Below, piece by piece: positions 1 through 8,896 of a stretch of DNA of 64,000 nt. Source of the DNA: an uncultured Clostridia bacterium (GTDB taxonomy: Bacteria; Aerophobota; Aerophobia; Aerophobales; B3-G15); the NCBI GenBank assembly GCA_964482715.1, contig CAYZYX010000001.1:5398-69397 (forward strand). Direction: 5' to 3'. The notes under the pieces were generated by a model. The model ran no database searches and was not told the origin of the DNA. It saw only the letters and a list, made by a program, of their open reading frames with translations. The position numbers were made by a program, and so were the translations under genes. Position 1 is the first letter of the stretch. Each line of letters opens with the position of its first letter.

Positions 1-2
1 TG

Positions 3-1097
3 GAGGAAGCTCATTTTAAACACCCGGAAATCAAGAAAATTTTTAGTGAGTGTTTTAACAACAAAAGATACAGAAAACCATCTGTCACCAGGAAAATTCA
101 AAGGCTGAAGGATAAACTTAAAAAAGAAATCTACAAGTTTATCAGAAATTTTGGAATAGATATTCTTATCCCAGAAAATGCACTTGCCATACCTTTAAAT
201 GTTCCTCTTGGACTTGCCATAACCGAGGTCATAGCTGAAACAGCCATCCCTACCATTGCCCACCATCATGACTTTTACTGGGAAAGAAAGAGATTTTTAG
301 TTAATGGCGTTTGGGATTATATAAATATGGCTTTTCCTCCTCATCTTCCTTCTATTCAACATGTAGTGATTAATTCCTCTGCTGATAATCAGCTAAGCCT
401 CAGAACAGGAATTTCAGCAATGGTAATACCCAACGTGATGGACTTTGATAACCCACCAAAAGTTGACGATTATTCCCGGGATATAAAAGAAGCCCTTGGA
501 ATTGAACCCGACGAACTTTTTATTTTACAACCGACGCGGGTGGTAAAAAGAAAGGGAATTGAGCATTCCATAGAGCTTGTAAAAAGATTAAATATGAAAG
601 CGAAACTCGTTATTTCACATGCCTCGGGCGATGAAGGTTATGAATACGAGCAGAGAGTGAAAGAGTACTCCTCGTTATTGGGTGTTCAGACCCTTTTTAT
701 CTCCGATATTATAAAGCCTAAACGTGGAAAAACAGAAGATGGAAGAAAGATATACACCCCCTGGGATGTTTATGCCCATGCCGATCTTGTAACTTATCCA
801 TCAACTGTTGAAGGATTTGGCAATGCTTTTTTAGAGGCTATCTATTTTAAAAAACCAATTGTGGTTAATACTTACTCCATATATACGATAGATATAAAGC
901 CTAAGGGATTTAAAGTTATTGAGCTTAATGATTATGTTAACTCTGAAGCCGTGGAGCTAACCAGAAGGGTCCTCATGGAGCCCCATCTGGCAAAAGAGAT
1001 AGTTGAACACAATTACAGGCTGGGGAAAAAATACTACTCCTGTTCTGTATTACGGCAAAAACTTAAAGTTCTACTCTCCAGTTACTTTGGTGTATGA
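3..1097 (+). CDS. Glycosyltransferase, GT-B fold, group 1 / GT4-like (5' end cut by window edge)
   Basis: Open frame runs from window position 3 into the listed ORF 327..1097 with no stop. C-terminal EGFGNAFLEA motif is typical of GT4 retaining glycosyltransferases; HHHDFYWER region lies upstream. Confidence 0.6.
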   Translation, partial: EEAHFKHPEIKKIFSECFNNKRYRKPSVTRKIQRLKDKLKKEIYKFIRNFGIDILIPENALAIPLNVPLGLAITEVIAETAIPTIAHHHDFYWERKRFLVNGVWDYINMAFPPHLPSIQHVVINSSADNQLSLRTGISAMVIPNVMDFDNPPKVDDYSRDIKEALGIEPDELFILQPTRVVKRKGIEHSIELVKRLNMKAKLVISHASGDEGYEYEQRVKEYSSLLGVQTLFISDIIKPKRGKTEDGRKIYTPWDVYAHADLVTYPSTVEGFGNAFLEAIYFKKPIVVNTYSIYTIDIKPKGFKVIELNDYVNSEAVELTRRVLMEPHLAKEIVEHNYRLGKKYYSCSVLRQKLKVLLSSYFGV

Positions 1098-1212
1098 GGA
1101 TTAGGCTATCTAAGCGGAGGTGAATTTTCCCCAACATCTCTCCTGGATATATTAAAATCTATATCTTTCAGGAAAAATCCAATATCATCCTTTTGAACCT
1201 GAGAGAATTTTC

Positions 1213-1240
1213 TTGACAGCACATTGTCTGATAGTACAAT
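1213..1240 (+). promoter_or_regulatory. Sigma70-like promoter, TTGACA-16nt-TACAAT, ~85 nt upstream of the Cys-rich secreted protein gene
   Basis: Exact TTGACA at 1213-1218, 16 nt spacer, TACAAT at 1235-1240. AGGAGAAG RBS precedes the ATG at 1325. Confidence 0.5.
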
Positions 1241-1324
1241 GCGGAAGGTTCAGGTAAAAATATTTTAGGAGGTGAAAAAGAGAAATTGTAAAGCTAAGGT
1301 TTAAAAAAATTAGGAGAAGTTATT

Positions 1325-2284
1325 ATGAGTAAAAAGAAAATAAGCATGTTTTGTTTTTTAATTCTCGTTTTAACAGGAGGGGAGGCTTTCGCTCAAGGTA
1401 GTACTAAATTAACTCAGCCAGCCTTAGAGCAAGAGGTGGCAAGATTGAAATGTAATTGTAAAAGTATAAGATCCACAAGGGAATGTAAGAAAAGGACAAT
1501 CAAATACTATATAGATTTACCATCTGAGTGTAAACCTATTGGTATGAGTTTTATAGATGGAACTTGCGGGAGAGCACTATGGGATAGGAATATCTGTACA
1601 GGAGAGGATTTTTCTCAACTTGATGCAGAAGCTCAAAGACGTGCACGTAATAATGACAACATTATCGGTGTAGAAACTGGGATGGTATATAAGGGAAAAG
1701 AGGTAAATAGTACCACCATAAGAATCGAGCGAAGAGGGAATAATAAAAACAAATGGATTCTTGAACTGTCTTCATGCTGCCATACAATTCCAACCTTAAG
1801 AGTTTCTGTTAAATGCCCCGGAAGTAAATATGTTAAAAACATTTATTTTGGACTGTATTATGACGAAAAGAACCGTTTCAGATTATTTGGTAAAGTGGAG
1901 GTGGATGGTAAAAGATTAACATTGGAAAATTATAATTCTTTTTACAAAGACTGTAGTGTTCCTTATTGCTTTTTTAGTGATCGTTCTAATCCAGATTCTT
2001 TGGGTTCAAACGGTGAAATAAAATTATATATGGTTCCAGATGCGAACTGTAAATTTGATATCACCGCTTTTAGGAATGAACTCTACCTGATGATGAAGAA
2101 AAGTGGATGTTACTACAAAAGTACCCATTTGATTCCCAAAAAAGGCATTATGGCAGGGCATATTTTTACCAATAAATGTACACCTCATATTGTAGATTGT
2201 ATAAAGAGATTACTGAAAAAGTATACAGATTGTAAGGAGGTAAAATGGATAGGAAGACAAATTAGGATTTTACCTATACATTAA
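1325..2284 (+). CDS. Hypothetical secreted cysteine-rich protein (orphan, about 22 Cys)
   Basis: N-terminal signal peptide MSKKKISMFCFLILVLTGGEAFA. Many Cys in CxC/CC patterns; no recognisable catalytic motif. Lies in an AT-rich stretch and has a good RBS. Confidence 0.5.
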   Translation: MSKKKISMFCFLILVLTGGEAFAQGSTKLTQPALEQEVARLKCNCKSIRSTRECKKRTIKYYIDLPSECKPIGMSFIDGTCGRALWDRNICTGEDFSQLDAEAQRRARNNDNIIGVETGMVYKGKEVNSTTIRIERRGNNKNKWILELSSCCHTIPTLRVSVKCPGSKYVKNIYFGLYYDEKNRFRLFGKVEVDGKRLTLENYNSFYKDCSVPYCFFSDRSNPDSLGSNGEIKLYMVPDANCKFDITAFRNELYLMMKKSGCYYKSTHLIPKKGIMAGHIFTNKCTPHIVDCIKRLLKKYTDCKEVKWIGRQIRILPIH

Positions 2285-2612
2285 CAAAATAAGGAGTTTT
2301 TACATGATAGGGGTAAACTGCGAAAAAATAGAGGGAAAAAAATAAAGGAATATACCGAGATGATGAGTGAAGCAAGGGAGGAGGCTTTAAAAAGGATGAT
2401 TGAAGAAGCAAAAAAATGGAGGCTGATGCTGTGATAAATGTTAGATTTGCAACTTCCATGATCATGAGTGATGTTGCTGAAATTCTTGCCTGTAGAACGG
2501 CCGTAAAATTTCAAAATGAATGATATACGTTGGAAATATAAGACTCTAATTTCAGATGTGTCATAATTGACAAAGACTGGCTTTTTCTTAAATTTATACT
2601 TACCAGTAGAAA

Positions 2613-3380
2613 ATGATCGATACCCACGCTCATCTAACAGACAGGCGTTTTAATCCTGATCGGGATTCAGTTATTCAAAGGGCGCTACATCAGGGAATAA
2701 CTCTCATAATATGTGTGTGTTCTGATTTTGGCGAACTGGATTTATTTTACAGTTTACTTGAAAAATACAACTTTCTTTATGGAGCAGCAGGAATACACCC
2801 TCACGATGCTTTCTACTGGAAGGATCTGGAACCTAAATTAATAAAAGCTTTAGAACATGAAAAGATTGTTGCGCTGGGAGAAGTTGGTCTTGATTATCAC
2901 TATGAAAACTCGCCGCGTACAGTTCAAAAGGAGGTTTTTAAATTTCAGCTTGAGCTGGCCAAGGAAAAAGGATTTCCGGTGATTATACACTCAAGGGATG
3001 CCATGAAAGATACGTTGGCCATTCTGCGAGGTGAGAAGATTCATAAAGGGGTTATGCATTGTTTTTCTGGAAATGAAGAGGACATGAGAACCTGCCTGGA
3101 ACTTGGTCTTTACATATCCCTTGCTGGAACTGTTACCTTTCCTAAGGCTTTTAATCTTCAGAAAATAGCCAGTAGTGTTCCTCTGGATAAACTTGTGGTT
3201 GAGACAGATTGTCCCTATCTCGCTCCTCAACCGGTAAGGGGGAAAAGGAACGAACCTTCTTTTTTAAAATATGTGATTGAAAAAATAGCCTCTATACGGG
3301 GGCTTGACCAGAGAAAGTTAACTTTAACTACATCTGAAAATGCCAAAAATCTGTTTGGATTAGTGCATAAGCTAAGTTAG
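2613..3380 (+). CDS. tatD: TatD-family metal-dependent deoxyribonuclease/hydrolase
   Basis: N-terminal MIDTHAHL, plus GEVGLDYHY and the HSRDA motif typical of TatD/YcfH hydrolases. Confidence 0.85.
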   Translation: MIDTHAHLTDRRFNPDRDSVIQRALHQGITLIICVCSDFGELDLFYSLLEKYNFLYGAAGIHPHDAFYWKDLEPKLIKALEHEKIVALGEVGLDYHYENSPRTVQKEVFKFQLELAKEKGFPVIIHSRDAMKDTLAILRGEKIHKGVMHCFSGNEEDMRTCLELGLYISLAGTVTFPKAFNLQKIASSVPLDKLVVETDCPYLAPQPVRGKRNEPSFLKYVIEKIASIRGLDQRKLTLTTSENAKNLFGLVHKLS

Positions 3381-3398
3381 GCAAAAAGTCAATTGTAC

Positions 3399-4955
3399 AT
3401 GGTGTTTTACAAAAATATGAATGCGAGAGATATATGTAGATGGATATCCGGGTGGTGCTTGATCTTACCCTGGCTTTTTGTTTTGTCAACCGTCATCTTT
3501 GCCTCTAATGAAGAGGGTAATTTCAAGATAGTAGTATTTGAGTCACCTGCCTGTCCCCATTGCCAGGAGATGATAGGAGAGTATTTTCCAGAGCTTCTTG
3601 AAAAATACCGTTTCTTGCAGATAGTTTATTATGACATTGATCAGCCAAAAAACTACGAGCTATTTCTGGAGATGGAAGCTCAAATTACTACAGAAGAGGA
3701 AAGACCTGATGTTTTTGATTTGCCGGTAGTTATATTTGGTGAAGAGATAATGTACGGTCCGGAGCAGATTAAGGCTCGTTTGGAAAATTTAATTTTACAG
3801 GCTTCCTCTAAAACATATACCGATAAGGAGGAAGAAAAAGTTCCGGATAAAACCCGGGTTACTTCTGAAAAGACTGTACATCTTGCCTATTTTTTTGAAC
3901 CAGGTTGTCGCGAGTGTAACATTTTTGAATATGGATTATCGTACCTCAAGAATAAATACCCTACTCTTGAGGTGGAATATTTCAACCTTGGCGAAAGGAA
4001 AAATCAGGTTCTCGAGGAAGCAATAGGGGAGCTTTACGGTGTTCCACCGGAAAAAAGGCACCTTTCTCCTGCGGTTTTTATCGGGGAATACTATTTTGTG
4101 AGAGAGATAAGTGTGCGAAAATTGGAGGAGATAATAAAAGGTTATCTTTCCACTGGTAGCCCAAAAACCTGGATTAACATTCAGGAAAAGCTGGAAAAAA
4201 TAGAAAAAGGAGAAAAAGCACAGACATATCTGGAAAAACTAAAAATTCCAGCCGTAGCTACCGCTGGTTTAATTGACGGGGTTAATCCCTGCGCCTTTTC
4301 TGTGGTTATTTTTTTAATTACCTATCTTAGTTATCTTAACAAGGAAAGAAAAGAGATTCTGCAGGTAGGTGTATCCTTTGTTGTAGCTGTATTCACCAGT
4401 TATTTTTTAATCGGTTTAGGGCTTTTCGAATTCCTGCACAGAGCAACTTTTTTCCCTTTTCTCAGAAAAGGTATATTTATAGCCGGGGTTTCTTTTACCA
4501 GCTTACTGGGAGTTTTAAGCCTTTTTGACTATTTTAAGATAAGAAAAGGCAATCCGGAAGACATGAGTTTAAAAATACCTTCCCGCTGGAGGAAGATGGT
4601 TAACACGTTTATCGGTCGAAAAATGAGAGGGAAAGAGTTTTTAATACCCATAGCACTGGGGATTGGATTTCTTGTCTCGTCAGTTGAATTCGTCTGTACA
4701 GGTCAGATTTACCTGCCCACCCTTGTTTTTTTGTCCGGGATAAGCTCCTTTAGAAAAGCAATACTTTTCCCTCTTTTTGTATATAACTTATTTTTTATAA
4801 TCCCGCTTCTCGGGATTTTTTTAGCTGTGTATCTTGGAATATCATCGGGACTTTTATCAAGGGTCATTTACCAAAATTTTCCTCGTGCCAAAATTTTAAC
4901 TTCTGCTCTCTTTTTTGCACTGGCAACCATCCTTTTTTATCTTATGGGATGGTAG
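3399..4955 (+). CDS. DsbD/CcdA-family thiol:disulfide transporter fused to two N-terminal thioredoxin-like CxxC domains
   Basis: CPHC (SPACPHCQEM) and CREC (EPGCRECNIF) motifs in the N-terminal half. C-terminal polytopic membrane domain has GVNPCAFSVV and a second Cys in FVCTGQIY, as in CcdA/DsbD. Start codon uncertain (TTG 3393, ATG 3399 or 3417). Confidence 0.7.
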   Translation: MVFYKNMNARDICRWISGWCLILPWLFVLSTVIFASNEEGNFKIVVFESPACPHCQEMIGEYFPELLEKYRFLQIVYYDIDQPKNYELFLEMEAQITTEEERPDVFDLPVVIFGEEIMYGPEQIKARLENLILQASSKTYTDKEEEKVPDKTRVTSEKTVHLAYFFEPGCRECNIFEYGLSYLKNKYPTLEVEYFNLGERKNQVLEEAIGELYGVPPEKRHLSPAVFIGEYYFVREISVRKLEEIIKGYLSTGSPKTWINIQEKLEKIEKGEKAQTYLEKLKIPAVATAGLIDGVNPCAFSVVIFLITYLSYLNKERKEILQVGVSFVVAVFTSYFLIGLGLFEFLHRATFFPFLRKGIFIAGVSFTSLLGVLSLFDYFKIRKGNPEDMSLKIPSRWRKMVNTFIGRKMRGKEFLIPIALGIGFLVSSVEFVCTGQIYLPTLVFLSGISSFRKAILFPLFVYNLFFIIPLLGIFLAVYLGISSGLLSRVIYQNFPRAKILTSALFFALATILFYLMGW

Positions 4956-4986
4956 TGAAACTATCCACTTTTAAGGGAGGTTTAGA

Positions 4987-5508
4987 ATGCGGGGGAACAT
5001 AAAAATTCTGAAGAAAATAGGTGCGCTTTTTCTGTTGACTTTTTTTGTCTCAGGGATAGGGTTTGCTGAAAAGGGAACCAGTCAATCTTCTGCAGGAGAT
5101 GGTTTAAAAATGGCACAACCTGCTGATCTTGTTGTTACTGGAATAGATGTTCCGGATAACATACAGGCAGGTCAGGAAGTTCCTCTTAAAGTTAGATTAG
5201 CCAATTTTGGAGGAGATGATTTTACCCGGAGTATTAGTTTTGCTACTGCTGCTATTGAATTTGATCAAACTTACATGTTATTTAAAATTCGCATGCCCAG
5301 AGCCTCTGAAGAAGTTACCCAAGAGATAAGGTTTATTTTTCCGGTTTCTCAGTGGTACAATCTAACAGTTGTTGCTGATCCTGATAATGCAATAAGAGAA
5401 ACCAACGAAAACAACAATCGCTATTCCAGAAAAATCTGGGTTTCTGGAAAAAGCCTGGCTCCCAAACCAATTAAGAAGAAAAGGTCCAGATGTGGCTGTG
5501 GAAAATAA
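4987..5508 (+). CDS. Secreted CARDB-domain protein
   Basis: Signal peptide, then DLVVTGIDVP...AGQEV and NENNNRYS motifs characteristic of CARDB adhesion-related domains. Confidence 0.55.
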   Translation: MRGNIKILKKIGALFLLTFFVSGIGFAEKGTSQSSAGDGLKMAQPADLVVTGIDVPDNIQAGQEVPLKVRLANFGGDDFTRSISFATAAIEFDQTYMLFKIRMPRASEEVTQEIRFIFPVSQWYNLTVVADPDNAIRETNENNNRYSRKIWVSGKSLAPKPIKKKRSRCGCGK

Positions 5509-5529
5509 TTACTAAGAGGTGGCTCTCGG

Positions 5530-6330
5530 TTGGTACAAGCTAAAACAAAGATTCTTATAAATGAGAGGGTGGCGAAAAATATTTATCGATTGACCTTTGA
5601 GGTTCCATCTTTTTTCCCCCGGCCCGTTCCAGGGCAGTTTGTTCATGTAAGGATAGGAGACGATTTTTTACCGCTCTTGCGCAGACCTTTTAGTATTAGT
5701 GGTTTTACTGAAGGAGATTTAACTATCTTGTACAGGGTTGTAGGTAGGGGAACTGAGATTTTATCCCAATTGGAGAAAAATCAGGAAGTGGATCTACTTG
5801 GACCCCTGGGTCAGGGATTTTTCATTAAAAAGGAAACAAGAGAATATCTCGTTGTAGGGGGAGGAATGGGGATTGCGCCGCTACTTTATCTCTTGCAAAA
5901 GCTGGAATTTATGTCCGAAAAAAAAATTTCCATTAGTCTTTTTGCCGGATTCAAGAGTTTTCAAGAAATGATTATAGGAGAGCAGTTTTATAAGAAAAAT
6001 CCTTTTAAAACATATCTGGCTACAGAAGATGGAAGCTATGGTTACAAAGGACTTATATCTGATGTGGTTACCGATTATATAAAAGGTTTATCCTCCTACC
6101 AGGGGATTGCTATTTATGCCTGTGGCCCCTTACCAATGCTCCGGATCATTGCTGGTCTATCCGTAGAACATGGAATTTTTTGCCAGGTTCTCCTGGAGCA
6201 AATAATTGGCTGTGGAGTAGGGGCTTGCGGAGGGTGTGTAGTGCAAGGTGTTAAGGGTTATTTGCGAGTCTGTAAGGAAGGTCCGGTTTTTAATGCAAGT
6301 GATATAGCCTGGGATAGAGTTTCTTCTTAA
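5530..6330 (+). CDS. pyrK: Dihydroorotate dehydrogenase (type 1B) electron-transfer subunit PyrK
   Basis: FAD/NAD-binding ferredoxin-reductase fold (RPFSI, GGGMGIAPL). C-terminal 2Fe-2S Cys cluster CGVGACGGCVV. TTG start. Confidence 0.8.
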   Translation: MVQAKTKILINERVAKNIYRLTFEVPSFFPRPVPGQFVHVRIGDDFLPLLRRPFSISGFTEGDLTILYRVVGRGTEILSQLEKNQEVDLLGPLGQGFFIKKETREYLVVGGGMGIAPLLYLLQKLEFMSEKKISISLFAGFKSFQEMIIGEQFYKKNPFKTYLATEDGSYGYKGLISDVVTDYIKGLSSYQGIAIYACGPLPMLRIIAGLSVEHGIFCQVLLEQIIGCGVGACGGCVVQGVKGYLRVCKEGPVFNASDIAWDRVSS

Positions 6331-6333
6331 GAA

Positions 6334-7053
6334 ATGAAGGTAAAAATAGGATGCTGTGGTTTTCCGGTGGGAAGAGACAAATACTACAGTAATTTTGGTG
6401 TTGTAGAGATACAGAAGACCTTTTATCAACCCCCCTCCTTAAATACTGTAGAAAGGTGGCGAAAAGAAGCCCCTGAAGATTTTGAATTTACATTAAAAGC
6501 CTGGCAGCTTATAACCCATCCTTCTTCAAGTCCCACCTACCGTAGATTAAGGAAAAAAATTCCGGACGGGCTGAAAGAGAACTACGGTTTTTTCAAACCC
6601 ACCAGGGAAGTTTTTTCTGCCTGGGAAAAGACCAGAAAAATCGCGCTCTCTTTGCGGGCCAGAATGATTGTTTTTCAGTGTCCGGCAAGTTTTAAAGCTA
6701 ATAAAACTAACATCCAAAATTTAAGATGTTTTTTTGAGTGCATAATAAGTGATGAACAATTTGTATTTGTTTGGGAACCGAGAGGAAAATGGGAAAATGG
6801 AATAGTAAAATCCATATGTGAAGAATTCAATCTTGTCCACGGAGTTGACCCCTTTAAACAAAGACCCTTATCTACCCACCAGATCAATTATTTCCGACTT
6901 CACGGAAAAGAAGGCTACCGATATCGATATACCGATCAGGATTTAAATTATCTAAAAGACTGCTGCCAAAAGAGCCCTTTGACCTACGTTATGTTTAATA
7001 ATGTTTTTATGTACGAAGATGCAGGCCGTTTTAAATCCTTAATGCAAATTTGA
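6334..7053 (+). CDS. DUF72 (UPF0759) family protein
   Basis: N-terminal IGCCGF...YY..FGVVEIQKTFY pattern matches the IGTSGW...VE.N.TFY signature of DUF72. 4-nt gap after pyrK suggests co-transcription. Confidence 0.65.
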   Translation: MKVKIGCCGFPVGRDKYYSNFGVVEIQKTFYQPPSLNTVERWRKEAPEDFEFTLKAWQLITHPSSSPTYRRLRKKIPDGLKENYGFFKPTREVFSAWEKTRKIALSLRARMIVFQCPASFKANKTNIQNLRCFFECIISDEQFVFVWEPRGKWENGIVKSICEEFNLVHGVDPFKQRPLSTHQINYFRLHGKEGYRYRYTDQDLNYLKDCCQKSPLTYVMFNNVFMYEDAGRFKSLMQI

Positions 7054-7068
7054 GTATTTTTTTCAGCT

Positions 7069-8391
7069 TTAACCATACTTTTCCGCTTCTTCTCTGGCAA
7101 TTCTACACCATTCTATCACGTTTTCCGGTCTTTTTCCTATAGTGTGGTTATCTTTCATTATAATCTCTACCACACAGCCCCTGGTTATCTCCAGGGCTCT
7201 TCTTATTTGTTTTCTGATAGTGTCTTTATCAATGGTCGGTTTTGCCAGCATAGCAGGGTTTGGCTTCATGGAAAATATGTACTTATCTTCCAGATAGGAG
7301 GCCATCTTTTCAAGGTTAACCCAGGGAGAACAGGAAACACGACGCAGGTTGTGGTGGTTTTTTACTACATGCCAGCGGGCATGTAGAGGTTCACAGCATC
7401 CATAACAGTTAAGCCCAAAGCGATCCAGAATGGACTTTTCATAGGGGAAAATAAATTCTTCATACATTTCAGGTGATACATTTACAGTCTCCTGGCTTTC
7501 CGCAAATCCCCACATGTCGCAGCATCTAACATGACCCTTAAAGTCTTTTTGCGGAAGTTCATCTGTGAACCCGAAACCACCAGAACCCACATAAGTTCCA
7601 TCATTATTCAGACTCAAAAGTCCCTCTCTTTCCAGAAAATCCAGCTTCTGAAGATAGCCTCTTGAGATAATTGACAAAAGCTGCTTAAGTTCATCTGGGT
7701 GCTCGATAAAATCACAGAGGAAGTTTTCAAGACCTCTTAGAGTTACCGCCGGCCAGGTAATTCCAAGTGACCACCACCAGGTGCCTTTCAAGCGAACTTT
7801 AAGAATATCTCCAAATATGTCTTTGGCCAGTTCAAAACATCCTCTTGTTGTTTTCCAGTCTATACAAACTCGCGGTGCATGGATTTTATTTAAATCAGTT
7901 TTGTAATCTTTTATAGGTGGATCCCAGGTATAGGATCCGGACTTGTCGGTTTGCCGATAAACTGGCTTAACGCCCCAATCATCAGGTGAAACAGTATAAG
8001 GAACATCAAAATAAGGTTCTACCGGCTTGTCATCCCCCATTTCTTCTCCCCAGAATATCTCCTTTCTCAGGTCCATCTCCCATCTGCGGGCAATTTTAGT
8101 TTTACACTTCATCTGACGTTCTGTGATTATCTCATTCCAGCCGTTTTCCGGGTCACAGAAGACCAAAGGTCTTGTTTTTTTTAGCATGTTATGATTTTTC
8201 CACAATTTGCGCTTTTCTTTCATGCGAGGAGAGGAAGCTAACATTTTAACCTTTCCAGCAAGTTCTTGCAAGATGAGTCTCTCTTCTCTGGAGATTTCAA
8301 GATCTTGAGGGGTAAATCCCGTGTATATCTTACCTGCTGCTGTTTGATCTAAACCTGTGGATTCACCGTCCCCATAGCTTTTCATAGGCAC
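7069..8391 (-). CDS. Uroporphyrinogen decarboxylase-like (URO-D/MtaA fold) family protein, 440 aa, long N-terminal extension
   Basis: C-terminal half aligns with the URO-D family core (SPEMYEEFIFPYEKSILD...GLNCYGCCEPL...FSMKPNPAML...IIMKD versus SPE.F.EF..PY.K.I......HICGN...LQGN.DP.LL). Paralogous to the ORFs at 19041, 23679 and 44216. Confidence 0.55.
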   Translation of the reverse strand: MPMKSYGDGESTGLDQTAAGKIYTGFTPQDLEISREERLILQELAGKVKMLASSPRMKEKRKLWKNHNMLKKTRPLVFCDPENGWNEIITERQMKCKTKIARRWEMDLRKEIFWGEEMGDDKPVEPYFDVPYTVSPDDWGVKPVYRQTDKSGSYTWDPPIKDYKTDLNKIHAPRVCIDWKTTRGCFELAKDIFGDILKVRLKGTWWWSLGITWPAVTLRGLENFLCDFIEHPDELKQLLSIISRGYLQKLDFLEREGLLSLNNDGTYVGSGGFGFTDELPQKDFKGHVRCCDMWGFAESQETVNVSPEMYEEFIFPYEKSILDRFGLNCYGCCEPLHARWHVVKNHHNLRRVSCSPWVNLEKMASYLEDKYIFSMKPNPAMLAKPTIDKDTIRKQIRRALEITRGCVVEIIMKDNHTIGKRPENVIEWCRIAREEAEKYG

Positions 8392-8407
8392 CTCTTCTCT
8401 TGGTACT

Positions 8408-8435
8408 ATTTTATAAGATGTGTTAAGGGTGTCAA
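8408..8435 (-). promoter_or_regulatory. Sigma70-like promoter on minus strand (TTGACA-16-TAAAAT) upstream of the 440-aa URO-D-like gene
   Basis: Reverse complement of 8430-8435 is TTGACA and of 8408-8413 is TAAAAT; spacer 16 nt. Confidence 0.4.
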
Positions 8436-8558
8436 AAAATATCTTCTTGAGGTCTGGACAGTTTCTTACGATGGGGTTCGGGGGCTTTATTTATCTCGAA
8501 AAAAATGTTCCAGCTCGGCTAACTTTTGCAAGTTGAAGAAATGATCAGCTTGAAAGAT

Positions 8559-8798
8559 TTAGCTGGTGCCGGCAAGTTGACCACAGACACTCTTCACATC
8601 TTTTCCCTTACTTTCTCTAATAGTCACAGGATGAGGAAGGGAAAGACACCAGCCATAAAATCTCTCAATTTCTTTTCTCTCTGAAGGTGAAAATGAAACA
8701 TTCTGGTGGGGGTTTAAAGGTATAAGGTTTATTTTCACCTTAAGCCCTCTGCAAAATTTTCTCAAAGCAAAAAAATCCTCCTTCCGGGTATTAAACAT
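8559..8798 (-). pseudogene. rlmN: Remnant of 23S rRNA/tRNA methyltransferase RlmN (radical SAM): C-terminal ~79 aa only
   Basis: Translation ...VKINLIPLNPHQNVSFSPSERKEIERF...PVTIRESKGKDVKSVCGQLAG matches the conserved RlmN/Cfr C-terminus (VNLIPFNP...R...I.RF......V..R...G.DI.AACGQLAG). No radical-SAM CxxxCxxC N-terminal region is encoded upstream in any frame. Confidence 0.55.
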
Positions 8799-8896
8799 TT
8801 TAATAAGATAAATATTAAAAAAATTTTCTTCCTTGACTATGTTCCACCAGGTGTTAGAATTAATCTGGAATTTATCAAGTTTAAACGGGGTTACTT

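Noticed and set aside
2432-2528. Possible 30-aa ORF (VINVRFATSMIMSDVAEILACRTAVKFQNE) after a GGAGG box
   Set aside because: GTG start and no supporting features. Kept only as part of the note on the AT-rich island, not called as a feature.
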